Shown: piece after piece, positions 9,712-18,465 of the stretch
Layout: every line of letters starts with the position of its first letter
Position numbering within the stretch: the first letter of the stretch is position 1
Virus record (IMG/VR): IMGVR_UViG_3300031772_000022
Coordinates: 5,129-69,128 of that record
DNA: 64,000 nt
Source: a virus
Direction: 5' to 3' (one strand)
The notes under the pieces: model-generated
Seen by the model: only the letters and a program-made list of their open reading frames with translations
Databases searched by the model: none
What the model was told of the DNA's origin: nothing
Program-made: the position numbers and the translations under genes

Positions 9712-12700
9712 TCAGCTCTTCTTGTACGTGATCGTCAAATCGCCAGGGGAAAGGTATTCCACCTGGGATGCGCCAAGGTCCTTGGAACCACGGTCCCCGG
9801 ACACGACATATGTGCAGGCGAACGAGTGGTCCGTCGGAACGTCCGGCGGGTTCAGTCCGGCGTTGAGGGAGACGAGAACGCGGTTGGCCGTCCTGCGGAG
9901 TCGCTCGGCCGCGACGGCGTCAGGAGTGATGAACAATGGCACGAGCGTAGCATCGTCCGAGTATCCGGTGATGATGGCCCCGTTCCTACCGATGATGAAG
10001 GAACGGTTGACGACGACTCCGACGTCGGCCAGCGCCGGCGAGGACTCCATAATGAGCTCGTCCTTGTAGACGCCGTGGTGGATGGTGTTCGGGCCGCCAC
10101 CGTCCGTCGTGGCGAACGGGAGCTCGTCGATGAGGATATAAACCGCGTTCGTAAACTGCGACAGGGACGGGAGGAAAGTGTAATCGGATAGGACTAGGTC
10201 GCGGATGCGGAGCGCGCCGTCCTGGAGGGTGAGCTTGGTGTATGGCTGGATGAGAAAGTCCACGCCATCCACCTTCTCCATGGAGCCGGTCATGTCGGAC
10301 TGATGGACCTGATTCCCGACGCCCTTCCTGTCAAGAAGGATGGACACGGCCGTACGAAGACCGCTGTCGACCGACGACTGAACCGCGTTCGGAAGAAGCC
10401 TTACGGTGACCTCCGCTGACAGTGGGTTCTCGACAGCTTGCTTGACCAGGGCATCGGCCGTAAGATGCTTGGAGTTTTTGACACGGGCCTGAACCTGCTG
10501 GAGAGTATCATTCACGATGTACGTGACGTCAAAGTTCTCATCGTGCTCGTAGTCGACCGAGACCGTGGCGCCGGTCGGGATGGCGGAACTTGAAGAGCGG
10601 ACGATTTTCAGCGGTTTTGTCTGGGATCCGGCGACGACAAGGTAGTCCGGGTTGGACGTACTGGGTCCGTTGTATAGGATTGTCCTGTCGAACGACAGGA
10701 CAGAGAGCGTGAAACTGTTTACGCCCACAGACCCGAGCGGCTCCTGGAACTCGCCTATAAGGACGTGTTGTTCATCGTTGACGGCAATCGCCACGCCGTT
10801 CGGAACGTTGTTGACCTGGTTTATCGTGACGTAGTCAGTGGATCCCGTGCTCTCTCCGTCGAGAAGCGGGTCTTGCAGCTTATATAGGGTATACCCGGTG
10901 GCCGAGTCGAGGGCCCCAGAACCGGTCCCAATGACAGAGGCTACGCGCCGGACGGGCTGAACTCCGGCCGTGAAATGGTTGTTGCTCCTGTACCGATAGT
11001 CCCCTTCGACGAAGTCGTCAACGAGGGTGGCCGGCTGAGGGATGAACGTGTTGAGCTTGATCGTCCTATAATCGAGGATCGTGACGCCCGTTAGGTCATA
11101 GTCCGTGGTCGGAAGGTTCGAGTGGTTTCGAAGCCCGAGTCCCTGGCTCGGGTTGTTCAGCATTTCCTGAATCGGATTCGACACGGTGAGCCTTGAGTCC
11201 CGGGCCCGGAAGACGAGCTCGGTGGCGTCGATGACGTCGAAGCGGACGCTCTTGGCCACGCTGAACTGGAACGCGAACGTCTCTGTGACGGTCCGCTCGT
11301 TCGTCCCCTTAACGTATATGTCGACCTTGCCGCCGATGTGCTTTTTGCGCACGTCATCATAATCGCGCATCATCTGAGGGTCGCCCGACTTGACGATGAA
11401 AGCGTCGAGGACGCCGGGCGTCCCGAACGTGATCCTCTCGTAACCGCCCTCCGTCCCGGTGTCGAGGGAGGAGAGCGCGCGCTGACCGTCTTCGGACACG
11501 CCAAGATTGCTCTCGATGTCCCGGCCGAAGTCCGCAGAGACCTCGTTGATCGTCTGAAACCCGCTGGCGCCGGACGTAACGGTGTCGATGGCGCCAGCCG
11601 GAACGTTCCCGATGTTTCCCGGGGTGTCGGACACCATCTGGACACGGATCTCGTAACGACGAAGGTCAGGGTTATAGTAGGCCGGAGCGTTGGCGGCGGA
11701 CAGGATGACCGCGCCCTGGGAAATATAGCGCGGGGCACTAGAGTTCGTACTGGACGAGACTATCGCTCCCTGCGACACAATCAGGTCCTTGACCGGCTTG
11801 GACGTCGTGAAGAACGTCTGATTGACGACAGCGGAACGGCTTCCCTGCCTCCCCAGCCCGAAGCTGGAGGCGAGGGAATCGAACGAAGAGTCGATGAACG
11901 ATTGGACGGCACTGTCGTCGGAGATGGAGAGAGCGGTCTTAAGGCTCTGTTTATATGAGGACTGGGATACGAGGATGCTCGTCCCGGAGAACGTCGGATC
12001 GTCGATGGCGAGCATCGCGGAGAAGGATTTGGAGCGATGGACCCAGTCCGTCAGGAAGTAGGCCTTCTGCATCTCGTTCGAGAACGGCTCAATATGGACC
12101 TCCCGGACGGTCGATCCCGGAATGAGGGCCATGGTCGGCTCTTTCTTCTGGACCTCTGAGATGTAGCCCTGGGAGATGGACCTCGAGTCGCGGATGCGGA
12201 CCCCGCGGACGGTGGCGTCAAGCGCCAACGGCGTCCCCGAGAGCTCGACGCTGAAGCGGCTTTCCTGCATGATGCCGGTCGACTTGTCGAAGTAGACGGC
12301 TGAGATGACGTAAAAGAGAGGATCCTCCGGAGAAATAACGGAGAAAACGTCGTTGTTGAGGATGCCGGAGCCAATGCTCGCCCCGCGGTCGTGTGTGAAG
12401 GTGTAGTTCTTCCTGAGGACGAGGGACTCCAGGCCGATCGAAAACCGGACGTTCGGATTCTGGATGAGCGGGTACTGATTGAGAGTCTTCTGTTCGACGA
12501 CCGCGCCGGAGACGGGGTCGACCGTCCGCGCTATGATTTGAAGGTCCAGGGACTCGGAGTCCGAGAAGTCGTACGACGGGTTCGCTATGGGGAAGGTCTC
12601 CACGGTCGTCGTCGTGGGCTTCGTCGCCGGGACCATGTCGGCGTTCACGCGAAGGTAACCGGATCCCGCACCCCCGGCGTCGGTCGACGCGTAGACGTTA

Positions 12701-13137
12701 TATCCGACGGCCTCCTGCGTCGTCAGGTCGGGCCATGCCAGCTCGACGGAGATGGCCTTCCTCTTCATCTGGAAGCCGGTGACGGGGGCGGGGACGAGGC
12801 CTATTTCGGCGTCCGCCCTCACGTCCACCGTTATGGTCGTGACCGGACTGACGGACCCGGACAGGTCGATGGCCCTCAGACGGATGGTGTTCCTGCCCTT
12901 GTCGAGGTTCAGGCCGTTCGGAAAGCTTACGAGGTTGGGGACCGTGAAGCTCGGAACGGTAAGTCCGACGAGCGTCGGGTCGGAGACGAAGCCGATTCCG
13001 TTGACGTCAATCTGGACGTCAATCGTGTTGGCGTCGACCGAGCCGGTGAAGACCAGGTTGAACAGGTTGGTCGTCAGGCCAAGCTCGGTCGTGGTCCCGG
13101 ACCCGTCGAAATAGTCGATCTTCGGAGCGGTCGCCAT
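9712..13137 (-). CDS. Baseplate J-like wedge protein (1141 aa) with N-terminal Ig/FN3-like extension
   Basis: Motifs 'GNIGNVPAGAI', 'FGRDIES', 'GTEGGYE...PGV.DA', 'GGKVDIYVKG' and C-terminal 'SDM...EKVDGVDF'. Confidence 0.85.
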   Translation of the reverse strand: MATAPKIDYFDGSGTTTELGLTTNLFNLVFTGSVDANTIDVQIDVNGIGFVSDPTLVGLTVPSFTVPNLVSFPNGLNLDKGRNTIRLRAIDLSGSVSPVTTITVDVRADAEIGLVPAPVTGFQMKRKAISVELAWPDLTTQEAVGYNVYASTDAGGAGSGYLRVNADMVPATKPTTTTVETFPIANPSYDFSDSESLDLQIIARTVDPVSGAVVEQKTLNQYPLIQNPNVRFSIGLESLVLRKNYTFTHDRGASIGSGILNNDVFSVISPEDPLFYVISAVYFDKSTGIMQESRFSVELSGTPLALDATVRGVRIRDSRSISQGYISEVQKKEPTMALIPGSTVREVHIEPFSNEMQKAYFLTDWVHRSKSFSAMLAIDDPTFSGTSILVSQSSYKQSLKTALSISDDSAVQSFIDSSFDSLASSFGLGRQGSRSAVVNQTFFTTSKPVKDLIVSQGAIVSSSTNSSAPRYISQGAVILSAANAPAYYNPDLRRYEIRVQMVSDTPGNIGNVPAGAIDTVTSGASGFQTINEVSADFGRDIESNLGVSEDGQRALSSLDTGTEGGYERITFGTPGVLDAFIVKSGDPQMMRDYDDVRKKHIGGKVDIYVKGTNERTVTETFAFQFSVAKSVRFDVIDATELVFRARDSRLTVSNPIQEMLNNPSQGLGLRNHSNLPTTDYDLTGVTILDYRTIKLNTFIPQPATLVDDFVEGDYRYRSNNHFTAGVQPVRRVASVIGTGSGALDSATGYTLYKLQDPLLDGESTGSTDYVTINQVNNVPNGVAIAVNDEQHVLIGEFQEPLGSVGVNSFTLSVLSFDRTILYNGPSTSNPDYLVVAGSQTKPLKIVRSSSSAIPTGATVSVDYEHDENFDVTYIVNDTLQQVQARVKNSKHLTADALVKQAVENPLSAEVTVRLLPNAVQSSVDSGLRTAVSILLDRKGVGNQVHQSDMTGSMEKVDGVDFLIQPYTKLTLQDGALRIRDLVLSDYTFLPSLSQFTNAVYILIDELPFATTDGGGPNTIHHGVYKDELIMESSPALADVGVVVNRSFIIGRNGAIITGYSDDATLVPLFITPDAVAAERLRRTANRVLVSLNAGLNPPDVPTDHSFACTYVVSGDRGSKDLGASQVEYLSPGDLTITYKKS

Positions 13138-13183
13138 CTTCCCCGACGGTACTCGATAAGAAACGCCTCAGCCGGCCCGGAGC

Positions 13184-14329
13184 TCACCCAATCCGGTGGA
13201 ACGGGTCGCTCTGTCCGGCAATGAAGAACGGGGAGGGGTTCCCGACAACCCTCTTGAGCTCCACGGTGCCTCGGCTCCTGGTCGTGATGCCCGCCGAGAC
13301 GACGGCGATGGTCGGGTCGACCTCCGAGTACTCGATGGTGAGCCCGTCCAGGGAGACGGGGAATTCCTCGTCCGTGACCCTCTGGAAGAGCATATTATCC
13401 TGCTGCTTCTTAATGTCCTGGTAGGCCTTGAACGCTTGAGTCACGTCCATGGTGATGAAGGCCTGGGAGTGCCCGTTCGACGTGGCCGCCTTCCCGCCTA
13501 TGCGGTCGGTGATGTTCGTCCCTATCCAAGGCCATTTCCAGTGAGAGCCCGCCTTCGTGAAAAGGAACTTGTCGAACTCCTGGAAGAGAAGGTCGGCCCC
13601 CGAGACGGTCTCGTACGTCCCGTCCTTGACCGAATAGTCGAACTCGAACCTCGAGCCGAAGCACCGACGGCAGTTCCCGGCGTCCGTCACATATCGAAGG
13701 AGGACAGTGGGGAACCTGTTCGGGATAGGCTCGTCGAAGACGAGGATCTTCTCATCCACGAAAGAGTTCGGATCGGACATGACCTCCCACCCGGGGAACA
13801 TTTTCATGCCGGCAGCCGCGCGTCCGGGCGCAATCCCGAGCTCGGCGTACGCCCCGAGGACACGGGCGGTGTTGGGCATAGAGCTCGTCCGGTCCGTCCA
13901 TCTCGGATCGTGGAAGACGAAGGCCTTATTCTTCGACGGTTGCCGCGCGGACACGCGAACACGGCCGTTCACCGCGTCAAAGGCTAACTCCGGGATCTGG
14001 CGCTGAAGGTTCAGCACAAGGTCGCGGGCCGGAACGGAGGACCCCGGGACGATCTGGACAAACTTGGGGGGCTCATTCCCGATGCCGAGATATAGGAGGT
14101 CGTTCCTCCCGACCTGAATGCGGTATGGCTCCGGACGGGTGAGTGTGATGGAGGCCGTCGAGTATAGGCCGTCAAACGGGATGCCCACGTCGTTGATGCT
14201 GACGCTGACGCGCGAGGACACCGGGGGCCTCTGGAATCGGACGGTGTTTCGAACGAACGGGTCGAGGGAGGAGAGCTCCGCGAAGACCTCATGCGTACAC
14301 ACGTTCTCCGTGGCGAAGTCGAAGCTCAT
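13184..14329 (-). CDS. Baseplate wedge / sheath initiator, gp25 (GPW)-like, with CxxC motif
   Basis: C-terminal 'VSGADLLFQEFDKFLFTKAGSHWKWPWIGTNI' matches the gp25 pattern. CRRCFG motif. Lies upstream of the J-like gene. Confidence 0.7.
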   Translation of the reverse strand: MSFDFATENVCTHEVFAELSSLDPFVRNTVRFQRPPVSSRVSVSINDVGIPFDGLYSTASITLTRPEPYRIQVGRNDLLYLGIGNEPPKFVQIVPGSSVPARDLVLNLQRQIPELAFDAVNGRVRVSARQPSKNKAFVFHDPRWTDRTSSMPNTARVLGAYAELGIAPGRAAAGMKMFPGWEVMSDPNSFVDEKILVFDEPIPNRFPTVLLRYVTDAGNCRRCFGSRFEFDYSVKDGTYETVSGADLLFQEFDKFLFTKAGSHWKWPWIGTNITDRIGGKAATSNGHSQAFITMDVTQAFKAYQDIKKQQDNMLFQRVTDEEFPVSLDGLTIEYSEVDPTIAVVSAGITTRSRGTVELKRVVGNPSPFFIAGQSDPFHRIG

Positions 14330-15054
14330 CTGAGCGCCTCACTCTGCTCTTCGTCGATGTCGGCCCGGTTTGTGAGGTCCTGGACCCGCCCGATGTTGAG
14401 CCCGAAGATGTCTATGAGGTCCTCAACGACGTTGTGAGCACCGGTTCGGATGGACGTGAGGCGGATATTCCGGATGGCGTCCTTGACCTGACGCCCTTGG
14501 TCCACATCAAGAAGGACTTCTATCACAGCGATCTCCCTCTGGAGCTGGTCCGAATAATCGAGGGCCCTCTTTATCTTGAACTCAAGGTGTTCCCGCTTGT
14601 GCTTTACGGCCTCAATCTGCCATGACTTCAGCTTGGTCACCTGGACGCCAACGTCCCTGTCGAATCTCTGCGACCCGCGAACGCGCCGGCCGTTGGAGAG
14701 CGTGTCCGAGTAGCCTGCCGTCGGGTCCGTGGCGGTCGTGGACGTGTTGATGTTCTTACCACGGGTAAGGAACACCGCCTGGTCGGTGGACCGGAGCATG
14801 AAGTCGTTCTCCGGAGTCCCTCCCAGGATGCGGTACGCCTGGAGGAGCTTGGCGGCGTAACTCCCGGCTGAGGCGGAGAACGACCTGGGGAGATGGGTCT
14901 GCGGATTATACTCGGTGGTGAATATCCCGTTCCTCGTGAGCTGGGCGGAAAGCCATGACCCGCGGGCCACCAGGTCCCTCTCCTGTATGAGAGAGAAGTC
15001 GACCAGCTGCTGGAGCTGACCGGTGGTGAAAGTCCCGTAGAACCCGAACGCCAT
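14326..15054 (-). CDS. Hypothetical baseplate-region protein (242 aa) with coiled-coil C-terminus
   Basis: ORF with ATGA overlap to the next gene; fits the operon. Confidence 0.7.
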   Translation of the reverse strand: MAFGFYGTFTTGQLQQLVDFSLIQERDLVARGSWLSAQLTRNGIFTTEYNPQTHLPRSFSASAGSYAAKLLQAYRILGGTPENDFMLRSTDQAVFLTRGKNINTSTTATDPTAGYSDTLSNGRRVRGSQRFDRDVGVQVTKLKSWQIEAVKHKREHLEFKIKRALDYSDQLQREIAVIEVLLDVDQGRQVKDAIRNIRLTSIRTGAHNVVEDLIDIFGLNIGRVQDLTNRADIDEEQSEALR

Positions 15055-15080
15055 TCTTCTCTACCATACGGATTCGAAGG

Positions 15081-15995
15081 CTAAGCAGTACGTCGTGCCT
15101 TCCAAGCCTCAAAGGCCCTACGATCACACTCAGCACAGCGGGTCGAAAGCCCGTCCTTCCGGCGCTTGTTCTTACGAAACCAGTTCAAAGGACGTGGAAG
15201 ACCGCAGGCGACGCACGCCTTCTCCTCCGAGCAAGGCGACCTCTTTGAAAGGTCGAAGTAGGCCCGGACACCCGCGCTCACCTTAGAGCGGTGGACAACG
15301 TCGAGAGGCTTCCCGCGCATCGCCTCAACGGCCGCCAGACGGGCTTCGGGAGACAAGTCGCGACCCTTCAACGCCGCGCTGATTTTGACCCTCATCTCCG
15401 GAGTGCGCTCCCAAGTCTTGTTGGAGGCAGAAAGCTTCGCGCGCGTCCCTTCCGAGTGCTTCTTACCCTTAAAGCCAGCGATGTTGTTGGCCCAGAGCTC
15501 CGGCTTCTCCGAGCGAACTTTCTTCAGAGTCGCGGACTGACGCTGACGAACTTCAGGAGTTCGAAGAGCCTCATGGTTTCGTTTACGGAACTCGGCGGCG
15601 CGCGCGGGGTCGGACCAAGCGTCCTTCAGAACGGAACCGACCTTCTCACGGAACTCAGGTCGATCCCAGGGATTCCTCTTTTCCGGGTTCGGTCTGAACC
15701 CGCCACCGCAAGCAATGTTGAACCCGAACTCGGGGTCGCGTGTCTTGAAGTGAGCTATCCACTTCTGCTCCGCTAGGTTAGCCTCCTCAAGCGTTGAGCA
15801 CGATTCGAGGACCTCGTGCGAGAAGGCGTCCTTCCCATATTTACGGATAGCGTTCGCAAAATACGACCTTCCGTCCGACGTTTGGGAAGCACTATAAACA
15901 TGACGGTTCCATCGCTTCATCATTGTGAGCTTCGTCAGCCCAATATAACGGCGACAGGTTTCCGTGTGCGTATGACAGTAAATCGTCCATCCCAT
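15081..15995 (-). CDS. Free-standing GIY-YIG homing endonuclease (Seg-like) with NUMOD3 repeats and C-terminal zinc finger
   Basis: 'TIYCHTH...RRYIGLT...RWNRH', 'AIRKYGKDAF..EVLE', 'GFNI..GG', NUMOD3 'GKKHSEGTRAKLS', and CxxC...CxxC at the C-terminus. Confidence 0.9.
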   Translation of the reverse strand: MGWTIYCHTHTETCRRYIGLTKLTMMKRWNRHVYSASQTSDGRSYFANAIRKYGKDAFSHEVLESCSTLEEANLAEQKWIAHFKTRDPEFGFNIACGGGFRPNPEKRNPWDRPEFREKVGSVLKDAWSDPARAAEFRKRNHEALRTPEVRQRQSATLKKVRSEKPELWANNIAGFKGKKHSEGTRAKLSASNKTWERTPEMRVKISAALKGRDLSPEARLAAVEAMRGKPLDVVHRSKVSAGVRAYFDLSKRSPCSEEKACVACGLPRPLNWFRKNKRRKDGLSTRCAECDRRAFEAWKARRTA

Positions 15996-16030
15996 ACTGG
16001 AACTTTACAAGAACCAGCATCATGAAAGGA

Positions 16031-18253
16031 CTAAAATGGTAGAGTGAGTATAAAGGCCAATGCCTTGAAGGCCGCGATGAACCCCTCGCCGGGCCCGCCG
16101 AACGTCATGACAAGCCCCGAGTGCAGCCCGAACGGGCTCGACGCCGGTTTGTTCTCCGACTCCTGAAGGGCCTGGGCAAGGGACTCCGCCGACCCGTTCG
16201 TGGAGGCCGTGGCGAACACGGCCACCCGGACGCTGATGTTCAGGAGATCGATGAGAGCGATGATCGACTCGACTATCTGCTCGAGGGCCTGAATCTTCCG
16301 GATGATGGTGAGGATTATGTCCTCGATGGCCTGGAGCGCGGACTGGAGGGCCTTGAGCAGTGCCAGGATAAACTGCTCTATGTCGTAGATGAAGGGGATG
16401 AAGGCCGGGAAAAGGTCGCCGACGGTGACCGAATACCAGGCCAGGTAGCTCGTCTCTCCCGACAGGGAGATGAGGGCCGAGCGGAGGAACTCGCCGAGCT
16501 TCCTGCGGTCCTCGGCGGTCACGCCGGCCTCGTTCCCCTTGGGGTCCGTGAACGGGCCGAGCGGGTACGGCCCCGCGAGCTTCGACTGCCCGTTCTTGTA
16601 ATCCTTCTCTTCAAGGAGGTAAGACTGTATCTTCTTCTCGGACTCGTCGGTGATCCCGCCAACAATTCCGAGAAGAGTCCAGGTGAACTCCGCTCCCGTC
16701 CGGTCGCTCGGGGTACGAGCTCCGTCCTTGGATACCTTCTCACCCTTCGCGCCGAGGACCTTGTTGACGGTGGCCTCGACGCCGTCATTCCACTGCTGGG
16801 CGAGGGACTTGAGAAGCCGCTTCTGAGCCAGAAGGCTCGTCAGGCTGGAGTTCGAAATCCTCCGGGCTGTGGATTTGAATAGGAAGTTGTCGTAGAGCTT
16901 GTCCGAGGTCTTGAAGGCCGATTTTATCGGGCCCATCTGGCCGCCTGCCGCGGCGAGGGTGCTCCATCCCGTCCTCTGCTCAGTGCCCGTGTCGCCCCCA
17001 GAATTGTCCGGAGGCGCGGGAAGGTCAAAGTTCAAGAGAAGCCCGGCCTTCACGGCGTCATTCACGGACTCGTACGGGTTGAAGCTAAAGCTACCGGAGG
17101 GGAGGTTCGGGACAAACCCGCGCCTCACCTCGCTCACGGGCCCCATGACGACGCCGTTGCTCCCATACTTGATTATGGGCTGTCCATTGTTCTTCGGGAC
17201 AACGTTCGTATTGCCGATGATGGCATTGGCGTCCCCGCACCCGAGATACTCCGTCGCGTCCCCGAAGTAGGCCCGGACACGATAGTAGTAGGGCGTTCCG
17301 GGCTTCAACTCATCCTTGTCTATATAACGGTATGTACCGATGAAGGCGCCCGCTGCCAGATCGGCGCCGGACACCTTGATCTTTTTCTTGAAGTTCCGGT
17401 AGGTGGTGCCGTTCGGCTCCTTCACCGCAACCTTGGTCTCAGGGGAGGCAATCTTATACTTCGCAGTAATGGCCTTGACGCTCTTGCCAGCCGTAGGAGT
17501 GTTAACCTCCGACTGCACAAGCTCCCCCTGCGGTGTCTCGCTCCGCTCTACGATAAAGTTCGGGAAGCGGAAGGAGTTGTAGAAGCTGGTCATCGCGTTG
17601 ACGAACCCAAAGGCTCCGGAGCCTCCGGGGTTGGTCGGCATCTGCCATTCGACAACGAGCTGGTCGTTCAGGGTCTCCTTGCTGTCGAACAGGCCGGCGA
17701 AGTTGGCCACCGGGCTTCCGCTCTTGCGGACCGGGTTCACCTTGACGCTCACGGGGGCGGGAAGGGCGCTGAGGACGGCGGGCGTGTTGATGAGGCGAAG
17801 GAGTGCGAAGAGCTGAGTGATGAGGTCCCCAGGGCTGTCCGTACCGATGTAAAAGACGAACATCGCGACGGAGGAGCCCGGCGGGTACTGCGGGCGGAAA
17901 ACGTCGCTCGAGTCGAAGAATTTGCTGACGACCTTGGACTCGAATCGCGGGTATGAGCCAGATACGGACAGGAGTATCTGCGCGAAGTCCTGCCGGCTGA
18001 AGTCCGGGTGGACGACGAGTATGGAGAAGCCCGTCGCCTTCAGCTGGTTGATGATGGCACGTATGGCCGCGAGAAGGAGGGCGATGAGCGCCTTCAACGG
18101 GTTGAGGAAGTCGAGCAGAAACGCCTTGATGATAGCAAGTAACGCCTCAAGGATGGCCTCGACGACCTCAAGAAGGACAAGCACCGCCTGAAGCGGCGGC
18201 TTGAGGGGCGCCAGCGGGTCGAACTTTATCGAGAGTGTATCCCAACTAGCCAT
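16031..18253 (-). CDS. Baseplate-region structural protein (740 aa) with FN3-like core and long amphipathic terminal helices
   Basis: 'LKPGTPYYYRVRAY' FN3 signature. Leu/Ile/Ala-rich helices at both ends. Confidence 0.7.
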   Translation of the reverse strand: MASWDTLSIKFDPLAPLKPPLQAVLVLLEVVEAILEALLAIIKAFLLDFLNPLKALIALLLAAIRAIINQLKATGFSILVVHPDFSRQDFAQILLSVSGSYPRFESKVVSKFFDSSDVFRPQYPPGSSVAMFVFYIGTDSPGDLITQLFALLRLINTPAVLSALPAPVSVKVNPVRKSGSPVANFAGLFDSKETLNDQLVVEWQMPTNPGGSGAFGFVNAMTSFYNSFRFPNFIVERSETPQGELVQSEVNTPTAGKSVKAITAKYKIASPETKVAVKEPNGTTYRNFKKKIKVSGADLAAGAFIGTYRYIDKDELKPGTPYYYRVRAYFGDATEYLGCGDANAIIGNTNVVPKNNGQPIIKYGSNGVVMGPVSEVRRGFVPNLPSGSFSFNPYESVNDAVKAGLLLNFDLPAPPDNSGGDTGTEQRTGWSTLAAAGGQMGPIKSAFKTSDKLYDNFLFKSTARRISNSSLTSLLAQKRLLKSLAQQWNDGVEATVNKVLGAKGEKVSKDGARTPSDRTGAEFTWTLLGIVGGITDESEKKIQSYLLEEKDYKNGQSKLAGPYPLGPFTDPKGNEAGVTAEDRRKLGEFLRSALISLSGETSYLAWYSVTVGDLFPAFIPFIYDIEQFILALLKALQSALQAIEDIILTIIRKIQALEQIVESIIALIDLLNISVRVAVFATASTNGSAESLAQALQESENKPASSPFGLHSGLVMTFGGPGEGFIAAFKALAFILTLPF

Positions 18254-18461
18254 CCGACTTCGGCTTCCTCACAATGTCCTTTGCGCCGACCATTCTCGAA
18301 AGCCGACGACGTTCAAAGTCGACGGCCTGCTGGACGGCGAACTGGAGCGTCTTCAGGTGCTCGTTCACGCGGTTGAAGGAAAGCTCTTGGTCGTGCAGCC
18401 ACGTTCCCTTTTTCAAGAGCTCGGGGTCGACCTTCTCCTCGTCTTTCTTTTCTTCCGACAT
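18246..18461 (-). CDS. Small hypothetical coiled-coil protein (71 aa)
   Basis: Fills the gap between two large genes with overlapping stop/start; GGA SD-like element upstream. Confidence 0.65.
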   Translation of the reverse strand: MSEEKKDEEKVDPELLKKGTWLHDQELSFNRVNEHLKTLQFAVQQAVDFERRRLSRMVGAKDIVRKPKSDG

Positions 18462-18465
18462 GTTC

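Noticed and set aside
15055-16030. Group I intron around the GIY-YIG genes (also 56289-57134)
   Set aside because: Flanking genes have their own starts and stops, and the spacers are under 40 bp, too short for a ribozyme core.
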